Shown piece by piece: positions 13,373 to 27,290 of a DNA stretch of 64,000 bases (position 1 is its first letter; the number at the start of each line of letters is the position of its first letter). Source of the DNA: Octopus sinensis (taxonomy: Eukaryota). Location of the stretch: the NCBI RefSeq assembly GCF_006345805.1, contig NC_043000.1, forward strand, positions 39,122,001 to 39,186,000, read 5' to 3'. The notes beneath the pieces are model-generated. The model had not been told where the DNA came from, did not search any database, and was given only the letters and a program-made list of their open reading frames with translations. A program made the position numbers and the translations under genes.

Positions 13373-14323
13373 TGTGAGTGTGATATGTCTCGTAATTAAA
13401 AGCCAGCAGTAACTCGCCATTTAATGTACTAAAACCAAAAGTAATATCGGGTCTAAAAGAGAGAGAGAGAGATAATGATAGATACATAGATATATATAGA
13501 AAGATGGGCAGATAGAGATAGATAAAGAGATAGATAGAGAGATATATTGATATATTGAGAAATATAGAGAGATATAGAGAGATATACAGATATAGAGAGT
13601 TAGATCGATAGATAGATTTGTATGTATGTGCGATATGTCCCGTGTTTATAAGCCGGCAGTAACTTGCCGTTTACTGTACTAAAATCGAAATTAATATCGG
13701 ATCTAGATATTATTGTGGGACACTTCACTTATTTCTTTTACGTTCGATTTAGTAATAGAAATCATTTGAAGAAACACAGAAAACGTAGTTCCAAAAGATT
13801 TAAACCTTCGTTTATTTACGACACGAACACACACACACACGCGTGAAAATGTTTCTATAAGGAGGCGAAGAGTAAGATTTTCAAGAAAGAAATATATAAA
13901 AGGGAGCAAAAAAAGTAATTAAATAAATAAAACAGTACGACTAAAATTAAGTAGAAGCGGTTAAAATGTAAACATTCAACCGCGAATTGTATGCATACAT
14001 GTAGTTGTTACGTCACTGACGCTAGAAATCCGGAAGTAAATATTTTAAAGAACTTTCTAAGATGTAAATCTAATATAAAAAGCAATATTTAAAAAAAATT
14101 TTAATAAAAGAAAGTCAAATGAAGAGCCTAACATGTGTGCGAGGTCAAATTATTCATGCATCATATGTATGGAAGCAATTGGTGAAGCCGATTTTGCGTG
14201 AAAAGCGAATATACACACATCTCTATTTTATATATATATATATATGCACACACATATATATATATGTATATATATATATTTATATACATACATACACACG
14301 CACACACACACACGTATATATAT

Positions 14324-14695
14324 ATTGATAGAAATGGTAAGACAACAAATGAGTGAAAGAGACCTCGATATTATGTACATAGAGGAATTAATCTGTAAGT
14401 ATAATATGTGACAATTATTCGGTAGCCATGATAAAACTCTGAGTTTCGGATGTCGGGGCGGAAACCCACGCTGGAATCTCTGCAGTTATCGGGCCATCTC
14501 TCCCCTTAGCGGTCATTGTAATAGCCTTTTTGTCTTAATAATGGTCAATCACACAGTAATTTCCCTTTGTTTAACGGTCATTTTCATAGCATTTTTTGAT
14601 GGCCCGAAAGCTGAAGAGATGCCGGCGTGGGTTTTCGTCCCGACATCCGAAACTTGGAGTTTTATCATGGCTACCGAATAATTGTCACATATTAT
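14324..14695. mobile_element. HHR foldback element, family G (tail + arm + spacer + inverted arm)
   Basis: Tail 14324-14400; arms ~14400-14498 and ~14598-14695; same family as 30962-31285. Confidence 0.88.
14606..14666 (+). ncRNA. Type I hammerhead motif
   Basis: CTGAAGA-GATG...CATC-C-GAAA-CTTGGAGT-T-TTATC; the antisense-arm copy at 14430-14490 has a mutated core (CTGCAGA). Confidence 0.65.
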
Positions 14696-14734
14696 ATGTG
14701 TGTGTGTGTACATAAATTCGGCGTGTTTTGCGTT

Positions 14735-15700
14735 CATTTTCATGTTACTTTGATTCGTGTAGGGAGATCACAGTGGACAACAGTGTTCAAGGTAGGGTCA
14801 AGCAAAAGTAGAGGAGAGAAGGATAATGGTGAGGATATCTCTCAACTGGGAAGTTCTGAGAAACCAGGAACACATTCTATGGGCCATGTCAACTTTGCTG
14901 TCTATATGAGTGGCCCAGCTTATGTTGTTGTCCAAAATTACTTCCAAGCTTCTGATGCTGTTGGATGCCATGAGAGTTTCACCTGAAGGAAGGGAGTATG
15001 GGAGTTTCAGGGTATATTCTTTTCCGAATTTGATTAACTCAAGTTACTCCTCGTTCATCAGCATATTATTCTTTTCCAGCCATTGAATGATAGCCAGTAG
15101 ATCTGATTGAAGGTATGTCCGGTCCTTCACTTCATTGATGACTTTCTGGATCTTGGAATTATCTGCAAAGATTCTTATGTTACTGTTCTTGATGATATCA
15201 GTAATGTCATTGATGTAGATGATGAAAAGAAGTGCGTCCAGCACAGCACCTTGTGAAACAGCACTGCTGACATTGGCTGGGATTGATTTTACTGCTTCGA
15301 CTATAACCTGTTAGGTCTGATTCGTTGTAGTAACTTTGCAGAGACACCAATGCTGGATAGGGTTTTCAAGAGGATCTTATGATCCACCCTGCCAAAGGCC
15401 TTGCTGAAATCAAGGTAGGTCACTTCAGTATTCGAGCCCTCTCCCAAAGCTCTCAAATTGCCATCAAGGTAATGCAGGAACCCATGTTACTTCCAAAAAG
15501 GTGGGTTATCCGTGATTTCATTACCCTTTCAAATATCTTGATGATATGAGAGGTGAGCGAGATTGGCCGGTAGTTCACTACAAAGGACTTGTTTCCATTT
15601 TTGAAAACTGGGACAACAGACTAGGACAGAAAGTTCTCAGGAATATAACCAGCGTCCGGTGAGTTTCTCTGCAAATTAGGAAGAGGTGATGCAAGCTTTA
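14735..15700 (-). mobile_element. LINE RT fragment
   Basis: YRPISLTSHII, YLDFSKAFGRVDH, VSQGAVLDALLFIIYIND, IRIFADNSKI. Confidence 0.88.
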
Positions 15701-15750
15701 TTTACCATACATTTTTCGTTATTATATATATATATATTATATATATAATA

Positions 15751-15789
<39 letters not shown>

Positions 15790-15792
<3 letters not shown>

Positions 15793-16680
15793 TCAGGTGT
15801 CACCTCAACGACCTTTTATCCAGCAGCTATCAACATCGCCTCTGATATCGCTACTGACGTAATATCACCCAATGCTACCATGGGTGAAGCCATTCCTTCA
15901 AAAAAAAAAATCTGGAAACATACTAGTGATGGGTAGCTTTAACTTCCCTTATATAAACTGATCCACAAATACTATGAAGTTATGCAACTTCACTGTACTA
16001 AACAAAGCAGAAGAATAACTTTTTAATCTAATGGATGGGTTTTTCCGGACACAGCTAGTGCTCGAACCAACAAAGCAAAAAAAAACGATCTTGGATCTAA
16101 TATTAACCAACCACTCTAGCCTCATTCACAGTATTTCAGTTGAAAAAACTCTCCTCTCGTTTCGCCATATCAAAACCAAACCAACCAATTCCACTCCAAT
16201 GCACTTATTTGAAAACATAAACTTCCACAAAGCGGACTGGGGAGGAAACAGAAAGGATCTGTCCTTCATCGATTGGTTCTTTACTCTCAGTTCCACTGAT
16301 ATTGAAATCACATGGCAGCACTTTGAGAACATTCTCACTTATACATGCTCAAAACACGCTCCTACGAAATCCACCAGCACAAACAGAAACAGGCTCCCTA
16401 AAAAGGGAAAAAAAAAACAACACGCATCAGGAGCATCAAAAGACTCAATAAAAAAAAATCAACCAATTAAAATCCTCTCACATACAACATCCACACTCAC
16501 CAACAATGAAAAGGCTGGAGTTGGAAAAACTTCATCTGCAGACTGACATGAAAACCTGCGTTGAAAATCAAAGAGGAACAGTGGGTAATCAAAAAATCAG
16601 CCAGGACCATAAAGTGTTCTATCCATTCAAATGAGGAATCGGAAAACATGACCCACTGAAGGAGAGAGTTATTATTTACG
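15790..16680 (+). mobile_element. LINE endonuclease/linker fragment
   Basis: FNFPYINW-like motif, QLVLEPT...ILDLILTN, NFHKADW. Confidence 0.82.
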
Positions 16681-16689
16681 GTGACATAT

Positions 16690-17035
16690 CCGGGTGAAGG
16701 AATTTATCCAAAGACTTCTTGAACTTTATGGGGTCTCTTTCTGCTTTAATGTGTTTGGTGTAATATTAAAGAGAGCGGGGTCAATTGATGTGAAATAATT
16801 CAGCCGTATTGTTGTTATGAGATGCGAATGTGATTATGTTGTGGGCGGATAATACGGGGCCCAAGTCTTGGGTGTATCTTAAAGGTGATGCCAACATCAT
16901 TTGGGCAATGCTGATGGAATATTTTCCACATAATGCAGATGACATAGTGCTCACGGCGGCGCTGGAGAGAATAAAGCTTGAACTTTTCTAGCCGACCCCA
17001 ATCGTCAAGGCCTGTCATGCGATCTATCTTTTTTG
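16690..17035 (-). mobile_element. LINE RT C-terminal fragment
   Basis: GLDDWGRLEKFKLYSLQRRREHY...HPRLG. Confidence 0.82.
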
Positions 17036-17074
17036 TAATTGACCTTTCAGTTGCTTCAATTTAGTGCGTTGACA

Positions 17075-17151
<77 letters not shown>

Positions 17152-17241
17152 TCTGTGTGTGTGTGTGCGAGTGATTTGTGTGTGTATACACACACACACA
17201 CATATATATATATGTATGTATGTATGTGTGTATATATGTAT

Positions 17242-17297
<56 letters not shown>

Positions 17298-17950
17298 AAC
17301 ACACACCTACACACACACACAAACATATATGTATATGTATATGTATATATATATAATATATATATATATATAAGCATATACATACATATATGTGTGCGTG
17401 TGTGTGCCCGCACACTTGTGTTTGTCCTCTACCGTCTCTTGACAACCGACGTTTAACATGCATGCTCATATACATACACATACATACATACATGCACACA
17501 TACGCGTACATACTCACGGGCATATACATATTCATACGCACATAAGGATATACGAGTGCACACACGCGCACATACGTGCACAATAATTCGAACACATACC
17601 GATATACCCATTCGTTCACATACACACGCATACACACTCCCACGCGCATAAACGCATATATACTCATGCACAAATGCATACACACACATACGTTCACGAA
17701 ATTGAAAGGACCGACCTTGTCACACACAGTGACACATCGGTTGTACTTGAAAAAAAAAGTTATGAATACATGTGTGCGCGGGATACTCAGGCACTTAAAA
17801 TGTCAATTCAATGAGTTGGTTCGTCAGTTGAACAAGAAACTCTGAAGGAATAGAAGGAGTTTTGTTGTTTTCCTTCACTTTTACTTCATTCAAAGTAAGA
17901 CTTTGTAATGTTTAAACTTTTTCAGTTCGAGTGATTTACGCTGTACTGTA

Positions 17951-17992
<42 letters not shown>

Positions 17993-19046
17993 CATATAGC
18001 CTGTGCAAAAACTCTGGTGGAAGCAAAACTCTTATTGAAAGGTTGATTTTTGGGGACGAATCATATGTGATTGTTTACAAAAAGGCTAAAACGACAATGC
18101 TAAAACGTATTTGAAACAATAGACAACAGTCGTAATATCATAATGGATGGGTAAATAAGCATCCTTAAAGTGAAACAACGCATTGGTAGGTAAACAAAGG
18201 TATCAACAAATAGAAGAGAGGGGAGGGAACATCGTCTTTCAGGTACTTCAGAATAGGTAACGGTAAGCCTGCCAAAGTTTAATGCCGTTTAAATATGGAG
18301 ATTAAGTTTGTGTGGTATTGGATATTCAGCGTTACAGTATTCCTAGTCAGTTTGATAAACGTCGTAAGTGGACAGTCGAAGTAAATAAACAAAATCCTTT
18401 CACATTTATAAAATGATTGAAAAAGTATGGAAGACTCTACATACGAAAAAAAAAACTGTCCATTTATGTCCATTTACGAGAGAGCTCTGGGCAAAATGTT
18501 AGTGCATGACCATCCTTGGAACATAGTATGTATAGTTTGGTGAAAATCGGTTGAGAATTGAGGAAATGTATGCGTTCAGTGTCCGTAGTCAATTTCATCA
18601 CCGTCGCAAGTGGACAGTGGAAACAAATAATAAACAAAATCCTCTCACTTTTATAAACAGACTAGAAGACAAACCCGGCCTTGCTCGGGATTAAAATAGT
18701 TTATTATTGTTTTACTTGTTTCGGTATTATAACCAGGTTTCATTTGGGTCTACGCGGGCCACATTTTAAAAGAGGAAGAATGTTGCTCTGGAGGTCACGC
18801 GTTTCAAATGAGCAAACTCAAAATTGCTATGCAAACTCGCCAGCACTTTTAACATAGGTGTGCAAATTTTCAGCTCAATATCCGACCACACATGCACACA
18901 TTATATATATACATACGCATTAAATATACATGCACATATATACGCATTATATACATACACGCATATATATATATATATACGCATTATGTATACATGTGTA
19001 TACACATTATATACACACACATATATATTGAAACATCGAATATACA

Positions 19047-19113
<67 letters not shown>

Positions 19114-20351
19114 AGCAACAAGAATAACTTCTGTAATTTGGTACAATCGTTTCACGCTACATCATTTTATTAAATTGTAAGTATTACAACAGTTTTAAAA
19201 TGTTGAGCAATCATCAGTCATTTATAGAGGTTTTCCATTAATACATAATTTTCATATCAATTGATAACATTATAGAGAAGGTAGATATATAGACAAAGAT
19301 GTCGATTTAAATTTTAAGAACATTAAGGTAGTAGAGTTTATCTTCTAATTGAATAATATTCATTAAGTTATTATTTGAACTGCTAGAAGGTTGGGAAGTA
19401 TAATCAGTTGAAAGAATACAAAAAGATTTTCTATTTATAGAAATGGGGGTGAAATAAATGTCAGAAGGTCTTCATAAAGAAATTAAGGTAGAGAGGGGGG
19501 TTGTAATGCCATAGAAGCTGTTTATTACTATTTGGCAAATAGATTTTATATTACGAAAACTAGGTCAATTTCAGATGGTCACAGTGACCACTTATATATC
19601 AAAATGTTATAGAGAATACAGAAATCCCTTTATACTTATATACATCAGTTTTATACTTAGCTGGTAGGTGTTGAATATTTTGATACGTTGGATTAAAGGA
19701 GAAATTATAAATATAATATTTATTTAATTTGGAGAAAAATCTATCATTTATTATGAGTAGGCATAATACTCAATAACTGAGGACAAAAGTCTTATTAACA
19801 AAGTGAATATATTAGGGGTCAAATATATATATTAGAAAAACTGGAAGAGGAGTAATCAAGAAGAATAATTTTCCTAGGTTTAGTAGAAGGTGATTTAATT
19901 TTATGAAGATAAGTAATTAAGAAGAGTAAATTACTCAGATTTAGTAAATAGTGAATTGTTATTAATGAATTAAAATATAGAATCTGTTCGACATCATATT
20001 TACTACCTGCGGAGAAAGGCTAATTAGTTAGGTAAAAATATCCTGGGTTAATGATATATTAAGAAATGGAAGTGAGGTAATCAAGGCGAACTGAATAGTT
20101 TCTTTAGGGACATAGAATTTATACTATTTAATATAGGAGATTATCAAAAAAAGAAAGAATTTAATTCTAAATATGCAATGAAGTTTTTTTAGTAATCTAT
20201 GCATGTTGAATTAAAAGCTAGTAAGGTATATTCATTCTTATTTGGTTATAAAGAATTAGAATTTGAAAAATTTAGGAATGATCACAATATTATTATTTAA
20301 AATATTTAAACGTACGGGTTGTGCGATGTATGCAACATACTCCTAGTTCAG

Positions 20352-20411
<60 letters not shown>

Positions 20412-20868
20412 TATATACATATATAAAAAATAACATAATAAATATCTAATTAATAATTTGTTATCATTATTGGTAGTGGGCAATAATAATTCACCGTTGT
20501 AAAAGCCCTGTAGCGGGAATATTTAAACTTCGAGAGAGTGAAATATATTTCCGACACAATATAATTATTTACTATTTTATTCCTCTCCATTAATCACACT
20601 TGCAGCTGTTAACGCTTTCTCTCTATAGATACAGAAAGATGTATAGAGAGAGAGAGAGAAAGGCTGGGGGAGAAAGAGCGACGGAGAGATACCGGATACG
20701 GAGAGGGAAAGAGAGTGAGTAGAAGCTGTCAAAAGCCGTTATAGAGATAAAGAGGGGGGAAGAGGGAAAGAGAGAGGGAAGAAGAAAGGGTAATAACTGT
20801 AAGGGAGAAACAACAAACACTTGTCAAAGTCCTTTTAAAGGCAATGAATTTTCACTCTTTCTGCCACG

Positions 20869-20907
<39 letters not shown>

Positions 20908-21095
20908 GATGTCAAATTTAAAATAATAAGGGTGAAAAATTGAATATTAATTTGATTAATATGAATTGGGTTGATGGCGACATTTTTTGCATTAAATGTA
21001 TTTAGTATTTTTTGTATATCGACTTGCCTAACTTGTTCATTCTTACATTTACTCATACATACATACATACATATATACACCCACGCACATATAAA

Positions 21096-21132
<37 letters not shown>

Positions 21133-21151
21133 GTGGTGTGTGTGTGGTGTG

Positions 21152-21217
<66 letters not shown>

Positions 21218-21219
<2 letters not shown>

Positions 21220-21337
21220 TTACGGCCATATCATTTTGAAAACACCGGTTCTCGTCCGATCGCCCAAGTTAAGCAAAGTCGAGCCTAGTTAGTACTTAGA
21301 TGGGTGACCACTTGGAAAACCTAGGTGCTATAAACGT
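21218..21337 (+). pseudogene. 5S rRNA-derived copy (probable pseudogene)
   Basis: GTTTACGGCCATA...AAAACACCGGTTCTCGTCCGATC...AAGTTAAGC...GTTAGTACTTAGATGGGTGACC...GGTGCTATAAAC matches the animal 5S consensus with several substitutions; solitary, no T4+ terminator. Confidence 0.9.
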
Positions 21338-21348
21338 CTTTCTATCAG

Positions 21349-21746
21349 AGGCGCAGGAGTGGCTGTGTGGTAAGTAGCGTGCTTACCAGCCACATAGTTC
21401 CGGGTTCAGTCCCACTGTGTGGCACTTTGGGCAAGTGTCTTCTACTATAGCCTCGGGCCGACCAAAGCCTTGTGAGTGGATTTGGTAGACGGAAACTGAA
21501 AGAAGCCCGTCGTATATATATATGTGTATGTGTACGTTTGTGTGTCTGTGTTTGTCCTGCTAGCTTTGCTTGACAACAGATACTGATGTGTTTATGTCCC
21601 TGTCACTTAACGGTTCGGCAAAAGTTACTGATAGAATAAGTACTAGGCTTACAATGAATAAGTCCTGCGTTCGATTTGCTCGACTAAAGGCGGTGCTCCA
21701 GCATGGCCGAAGTCAGATGACTGAAACAAGTAAAAGAGTAAAAGAC
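21349..21746 (+). mobile_element. Full-length SINE family B
   Basis: GGCGCAGGAGTGGCTGTGTGGTAAG head, GGGTTCAGTCCC B-box-like motif, TTGGGCAAGTGTCTT CORE-like block, internal TA/TG repeat, tail ...GAAACAAGTAAAAGAG. Confidence 0.92.
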
Positions 21747-21800
21747 ATATATATCTATATCTATCTATCTATCTATCAATCTATCTATCTATCTATATAT

Positions 21801-21833
<33 letters not shown>

Positions 21834-22231
21834 CTGTGTGAGTGTGTGTCCGTGTCTGTGTACATGCAGACACGCAGATATAATCCCATAAGCTTGCGTT
21901 TTGGAATTGTTATCAAACATTCTAACCCTGTTTAATAAGAGTAATAATAGCGAGGGTTTTAATAATTGCAACAAAAGCGGCGGCGATAGTGTAATAAACA
22001 AAAATGGAAGAAGGGGTGGTGGGAGGTAACTTCCGTAATATGTACACCTCCTCCTTAGACACGATGAGTGGTTTCCTGTTAAAAAGTACTTCCGCATTTT
22101 TACAACTATAAACAATTTATGAGTAGGTTTGTTTTTGTTTTGTTTTTGCTTTTTGTTGTGTTTTTTCCTTCGTAGTAATAAGTTAGAAATCACAAATGTC
22201 AATTTCGGAATGATGTCATATATTCTTTTGT

Positions 22232-23019
22232 ACTCTAGGTACAAGACCCGAAATTTTGAGTGAGGGAGCCAGTCGATTAGATCGGTCATTAGTACGCAAC
22301 TGGTATTTAATTTATCGACCCCTAAGGATGAAAGGCAAAGTCGACCTCGGCGGAATTTGAATTCAGAACGTAAAACAGACGAAATACTGCTAAGCATTTC
22401 GCCCAGCGTGCTAACGTTTCTTATTCTTTATTGCTCACAAGGGGCTAAACATAGAGGGGACAGCAAGGACAGACAGTGGGGTTAAGTCGATTATATCGAC
22501 ACCAGTGCGTAACTGGTACTGAATCTATCGATCCCAAAATGATGAAACGCAAAGTCGACCTCGACGGAATCTGAACTCAGAACGTAAAGACAGACGAAAT
22601 ATCTATTTCTGTACTACCCACAAGGGGATAAACACAGAAGGGACAAACAAGGACAGATAAACGGATTAAGTCGATTATATCGACCCCAGTGCGTAACTGG
22701 TACTTATTTAATCGACCCCGAAAGGATGAAAGGCAAAGTCGTCCTCGGCGGAATCTGAACTCAGAACGTAACGGCAGACGAAATACCTATTTCTTTACTA
22801 CCCACAAGGGGTTAAACACAGAGTGGACAAACAAGGACAGACACACGGATTAAGTCGATCATATCGACCCCAGTGCGTAACTAGTACTTATTTAGTCGAC
22901 CCCCGAAAGGATGAAAGGCAAAGTCGACCGCGGCGGAATTTGAACTCTGAACGTAACGGCAGACGAAATACGGCTACGCATTTCGCCCGGCGTGCTAACG
23001 ATTCTGCCAGCTCGCCGCC
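22232..23019 (-). mobile_element. Tandem array of four SINE family A units
   Basis: Head GGCGAGCTGGCAGAATCGTTAGC at ~23015 followed by ~185-bp repeated body+tail units. Confidence 0.9.
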
Positions 23020-23741
23020 TCAACCATGTGATATATTGAGAAAAGAAGAAGCGAGGTAATGGATATTGAAGAAATAGAAAGATAATCCCTAAGGATCATC
23101 TTTATATTTCTTATAATCAAAAAAATATAATCAAACAAGTTTCGGCCGTGACCATCTTGTCTTTTTTTATCTATTTGTAGAGAAACCACATTATACATCT
23201 TGTAATTTTTTGAAATGTGTTATGATGTGAATTAAGGTATTTCATGTAGGCTTATTGACTCGGTAGAGGTCCCCTTGTTGGCTACTTCCTGTTTCAAGCC
23301 ATCGTCCACGGTGTAAGCTATGCGACTCTTCGTTTTATTTGTTTCAGCCATTGTAAGGACACAGATCGTGTCCTTTTAGCCATCTGAAAACGATGTCTCC
23401 TGGGGCTTACAGAAACATTCGTCCTAAACCATGTTATATTGGCAAACAATCTTTACTCCAAAGTACTGTTACTGTAAATCTCTCGTTCTGAGATTTACAA
23501 ATTGTAATTTTCTAATTTTGTGTATTGTAAAAAATAGAAAAAACTTATTGCACATAAATTTTATGAACAATGTTTAATATGGACCCACAAAGATCATAAC
23601 AACCTCTGTCCAGGTTCACATATTCTGATTTTGTTTTTTGCTTTAATTAGACCTAATAGGCGCAGACACAGCACTGTGGTAAGAAGTTTGCTCCTTAACC
23701 ACACGTTTCTGGGCCCAGTCCCACTGTGTGGCACATTAGCA

Positions 23742-23960
23742 TTCTTTTATTCTTTTATTTGTTTCAGTCATTTGACTGGGGCCATGCTGGAGCACCGCCT
23801 TTAGTCGAACAAATCGACCCCAGGACTTATTCTTTGTTAGCCTAGTACTTATTATATCGGCAACTTTTGCCGAACAGCGAAGTTACGGGGACGTAAACAC
23901 ATCAGCATCGGTTATCAACCGATGATGGTGGGGGGACAAACATAGACATAAAGACACACA
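23742..23960 (-). mobile_element. SINE family B 3' half
   Basis: Tail and body motifs; an opposed SINE-B head lies at ~23657-23740. Confidence 0.8.
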
Positions 23961-23984
23961 CACATATGTATGTATATCTCTCTC

Positions 23985-24420
23985 TATATATATAAAACTG
24001 AGAATGTGTGTCTGTCTGTCTGTCTGTTTCCCTAAAACTTGAGAACTACACAACCAATTTCATTCAAATTTTACACATGCCTTACTTACGGCCCGTGGAG
24101 TGTCATCGGCAAAAAATTCTAAACTTTTTGCCTAGGGCGAGCCCACAGCAATATCATATCTTCTCCACTATGATCCCCTAAAACTTGAGAACTACACAAC
24201 CAATTTCATTCAAATTTGACACATGCCTAACTTAAAATCCATGTAGTTTCATGGGCAAAAGAAATGTTCAACTTCTTGCCTAGGGCGAGCCCATAGCAAT
24301 ATCATATCTTCTCCACTATTTCAGTATTATGTTTTAAAAGTGAAACAAAAATATTTCTCTATTTTATGTCACATACTATCACTGTAACAATAAAAATTAG
24401 AGATAATAATAACAATTGAA
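23985..24420 (+). mobile_element. Non-autonomous Helitron-like 5' region with a ~140-bp internal duplication
   Basis: TCTATATATATAAAACTGAGAATGTGTGTCTGTCTG start; CCTAAAACTTGAGAAC...TCTCCACTAT occurs twice. Confidence 0.6.
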
Positions 24421-25180
24421 TTATATGTAGTAAGTAATAATTAAAATCAAACTAAAGTATAATATAATCGTCACATAACAAAAGTAAAAATAGCAATTGG
24501 TATAAAATTGCATCAATGACTTGAACTTGAATAAGTGGTTTCACATGAATCGGAATAAATTAAGAATAAAATTAGTGTGCAGAAATGGAATAGTCCAGAT
24601 GGAGCTGTGCACATACCTTTCACCACAGCTTTTACATTAGATTATCTGCTAATTAGCTAGTATTAAGTATCTATATGAAGTTTGGCTGTATGAAATGTCT
24701 GTTTTCTCGAACAACCGCTTCTACTGAGTACTGATGTTGGTTTATTTCTTATACATAAAGGACTATAGCTTCAACTGTGTACTGCTTTTTGATTCACCGT
24801 AAGGTTTCTTGTTATTATTATTACTGTTTAACTATTGTTATCACGTTTGTCGGTTCCTCGTAAGGGAAACGTTGTTGTGTTGCATTTGTTAAATAACTGT
24901 AACTATTTCGGATTGATCACCCACAAGTGTAAACACGAGAGACAGAGAAAGGCAGAAACAAGGAAAATGCCACTTATATTTGAACACTATACAAATATTC
25001 TTTTAAAAAAATTCTCTTAAATTTCTTAATTTTTCTAAATTTAATTATCTAATCGTTACAGTTGAAAAGGTCTCAAATGACTGAAACCGGTACTGAAATG
25101 TTCTTTATAAAATTATTTTAGCATTTTCTATCTTGACTTGTTTTTTCATATATATATATATATATATATATACATATGTA

Positions 25181-25474
25181 AGGAGCACTCCGTCGGTTAC
25201 GACGACGAGGGTGCCAGCTGATACGATCAACGGAACAGCCTGCTCATGAAATGGTTGAGCCCTCCACAGACACATGTACCCTTAACGTAGTTCTCAGCGT
25301 GACACAGAGTGTGACAAGGCCTTTGAAATACAGGTACAACTCAATTTTGCCAGCTGAGTGGACTGGAGCAACGTGAAATAAAGTGTCTTGCTCAAGGGCA
25401 CAACGCGTCGCCGGGCATTGAACTCACGACCTTACAATCGCGAGCCGAATGCCCTAAATACTAAGTCACGCGCC
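25181..25474 (-). mobile_element. SINE family C
   Basis: Homologous to 2655-2970. Confidence 0.85.
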
Positions 25475-25512
25475 TTCACGCGTGGTTTAGTGATATATAT
25501 ATATATATATGA

Positions 25513-25724
25513 GAACGCCATGTTGGATCGTTAGCCCCTACACGCAATTTTTTTCTCTCCTTGTTTCTCTCCTTGTTTCTTTTCTGTGTATCTTTCTGTC
25601 GAAGAGCGTAGGCTCGAAACGTAAAAGACTTGTTTTATTTCTATTCCTGAGCGCCATACTAATACATTGTTTGTTTGTACTCCACCTGCCTTCGTCTTTT
25701 GTTTATGTTCGTAAACCTTCCCGT

Positions 25725-25726
<2 letters not shown>
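25513..25726 (+). mobile_element. HHR-bearing element, family F
   Basis: Full copy between (TA)n tracts. Confidence 0.88.
25591..25628 (+). ncRNA. Minimal hammerhead motif (CUGUCGA core)
   Basis: TCTTT-CTGTCGA-A-GAGC-GTAG-GCTC-GAAA-CGTA-AAAGA; all stems intact. Confidence 0.68.
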
Positions 25727-25790
<64 letters not shown>

Positions 25791-26000
25791 CATATATATT
25801 TACATGTATGTGTTGGTGTGTATGTATATATAATATGGGTAGCTAATTCACAATTTTACAGCTCAAAGGCAAAAATATATATGTCACTAAAGTGACAAAG
25901 ATGCCAATCAACATCAGCATCGCTGACTCTTATTTCTTACAATACTGGTGGTGATTAGTGGCCTTTGTCACTTTAGTGACGTATGTATGTATGTATGTAT

Positions 26001-26034
<34 letters not shown>

Positions 26035-27079
26035 GTATATGTATGTATATGTATATATATTGCTAGATAGATACATACATATATAAATTCATACATACAT
26101 GTATGTATACCTGTGTGTGTGTGTACGTGTGTGTCTGTCTGTTTGTCCTCTGTAGCAGCTTGACAACCAGTGTTAGTTGACGTCCCTCGTAACTTAGCGG
26201 TTCGGCAAAAGAGAACGATAGAATAAGAACCAGTCTCTCAAAACATAATTACTGGCGCTGATTCGTTCCACTAGAATTCTTCAAGGTGGTAAGGAGGTAA
26301 ATTATTGTGTGTTGAATGTTATGCACAGGCCAAATATTTGAATCTGGTTAAAACATAGTTCTCTGTAATGTATTTAAGAAACAGTTTTTCCCCTCCTACT
26401 GTTAGTATTATTATCAATTGTGATGTACAGAGTAAAAGTTATGTTGTATTAAGTATTCACTATTGTTATTTATATTTTCCATTGTTTGTAGATAGACATT
26501 TCGGTATCATCAGATTTCATTATCAGTATAGGACACCAACTGGCAAAACTGCTAGACCTTCGGAGATAATCGTTCTGGTTCTCTAAATCTTCAATCTACC
26601 TTCCATTAGAGTCAAGTCATCTTTGACGTTCATCTTTGCAGCCTCGACAAATGAAATGCCAGTGTTGTAAAGAGACCGATTCTCCTCTCTATCTGTCTGT
26701 CTAGAAGGTATCGGTTGTGGTCTAACGTAGTGAAGGATGGGGGTCTATCATGTCCACAAATACCTGATGTACGGCTCCATCAAGGAATTCCAAGTTTAGA
26801 AGAAGGGAAAACATCTCATCAGTACAGCTGGTAGACAATGATATTTATATTATTTGCGAATTTAAGTGAGATTTGCGTTTTACAAGGATATGTTTCAACC
26901 ATGGAAGCGCAGGAGGAAAAAATGAAACGAAAGAGAGTAGTAAACAGTGGTAACTTCATTCGCGAACTTGGATGCGTTCGCTAACATTAAAACATCATCC
27001 ACTGGGAGAAATCATTGAAATTGGTGAGGCTTTGATTGTTAGGGATGGAACCAAAATTTATTGTAATGTATATTATTCT

Positions 27080-27290
27080 ACGATGAGCTAGCAGACTCGT
27101 TAACACGCAGCGAAAATGCTTAGCGGCATTTCGTCCGTTTTCCGTTCTGAGTTAAAATTCCACTGAGTTCGACTTTACTTTTCATCCATTCGGGGTCGAT
27201 GTAATCGATTTACCTGTATCCCAGAAATTAGTGGCAATGTGCCAAAATTTGAACAAGTTTATATTATTCTACCCTATGGCCAAATCGCAT
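27080..27290 (+). mobile_element. SINE family A (diverged)
   Basis: GAGCTAGCAGACTCGTTAACAC...GTTCTGAGTTAAAATTCC...GGGGTCGAT. Confidence 0.75.

Noticed and set aside
21218-21337. Functional 5S rRNA gene
   Set aside because: Solitary, several substitutions including in the terminal stem, and no T4+ terminator.
22602-22970. CRISPR-like or satellite periodicity
   Set aside because: Units are SINE bodies with no unique spacers, in a eukaryotic context.
26540-26800. RTE-like RT remnant on the minus strand
   Set aside because: Only a faint NGR.IE..EN..YL resemblance; too weak to call.
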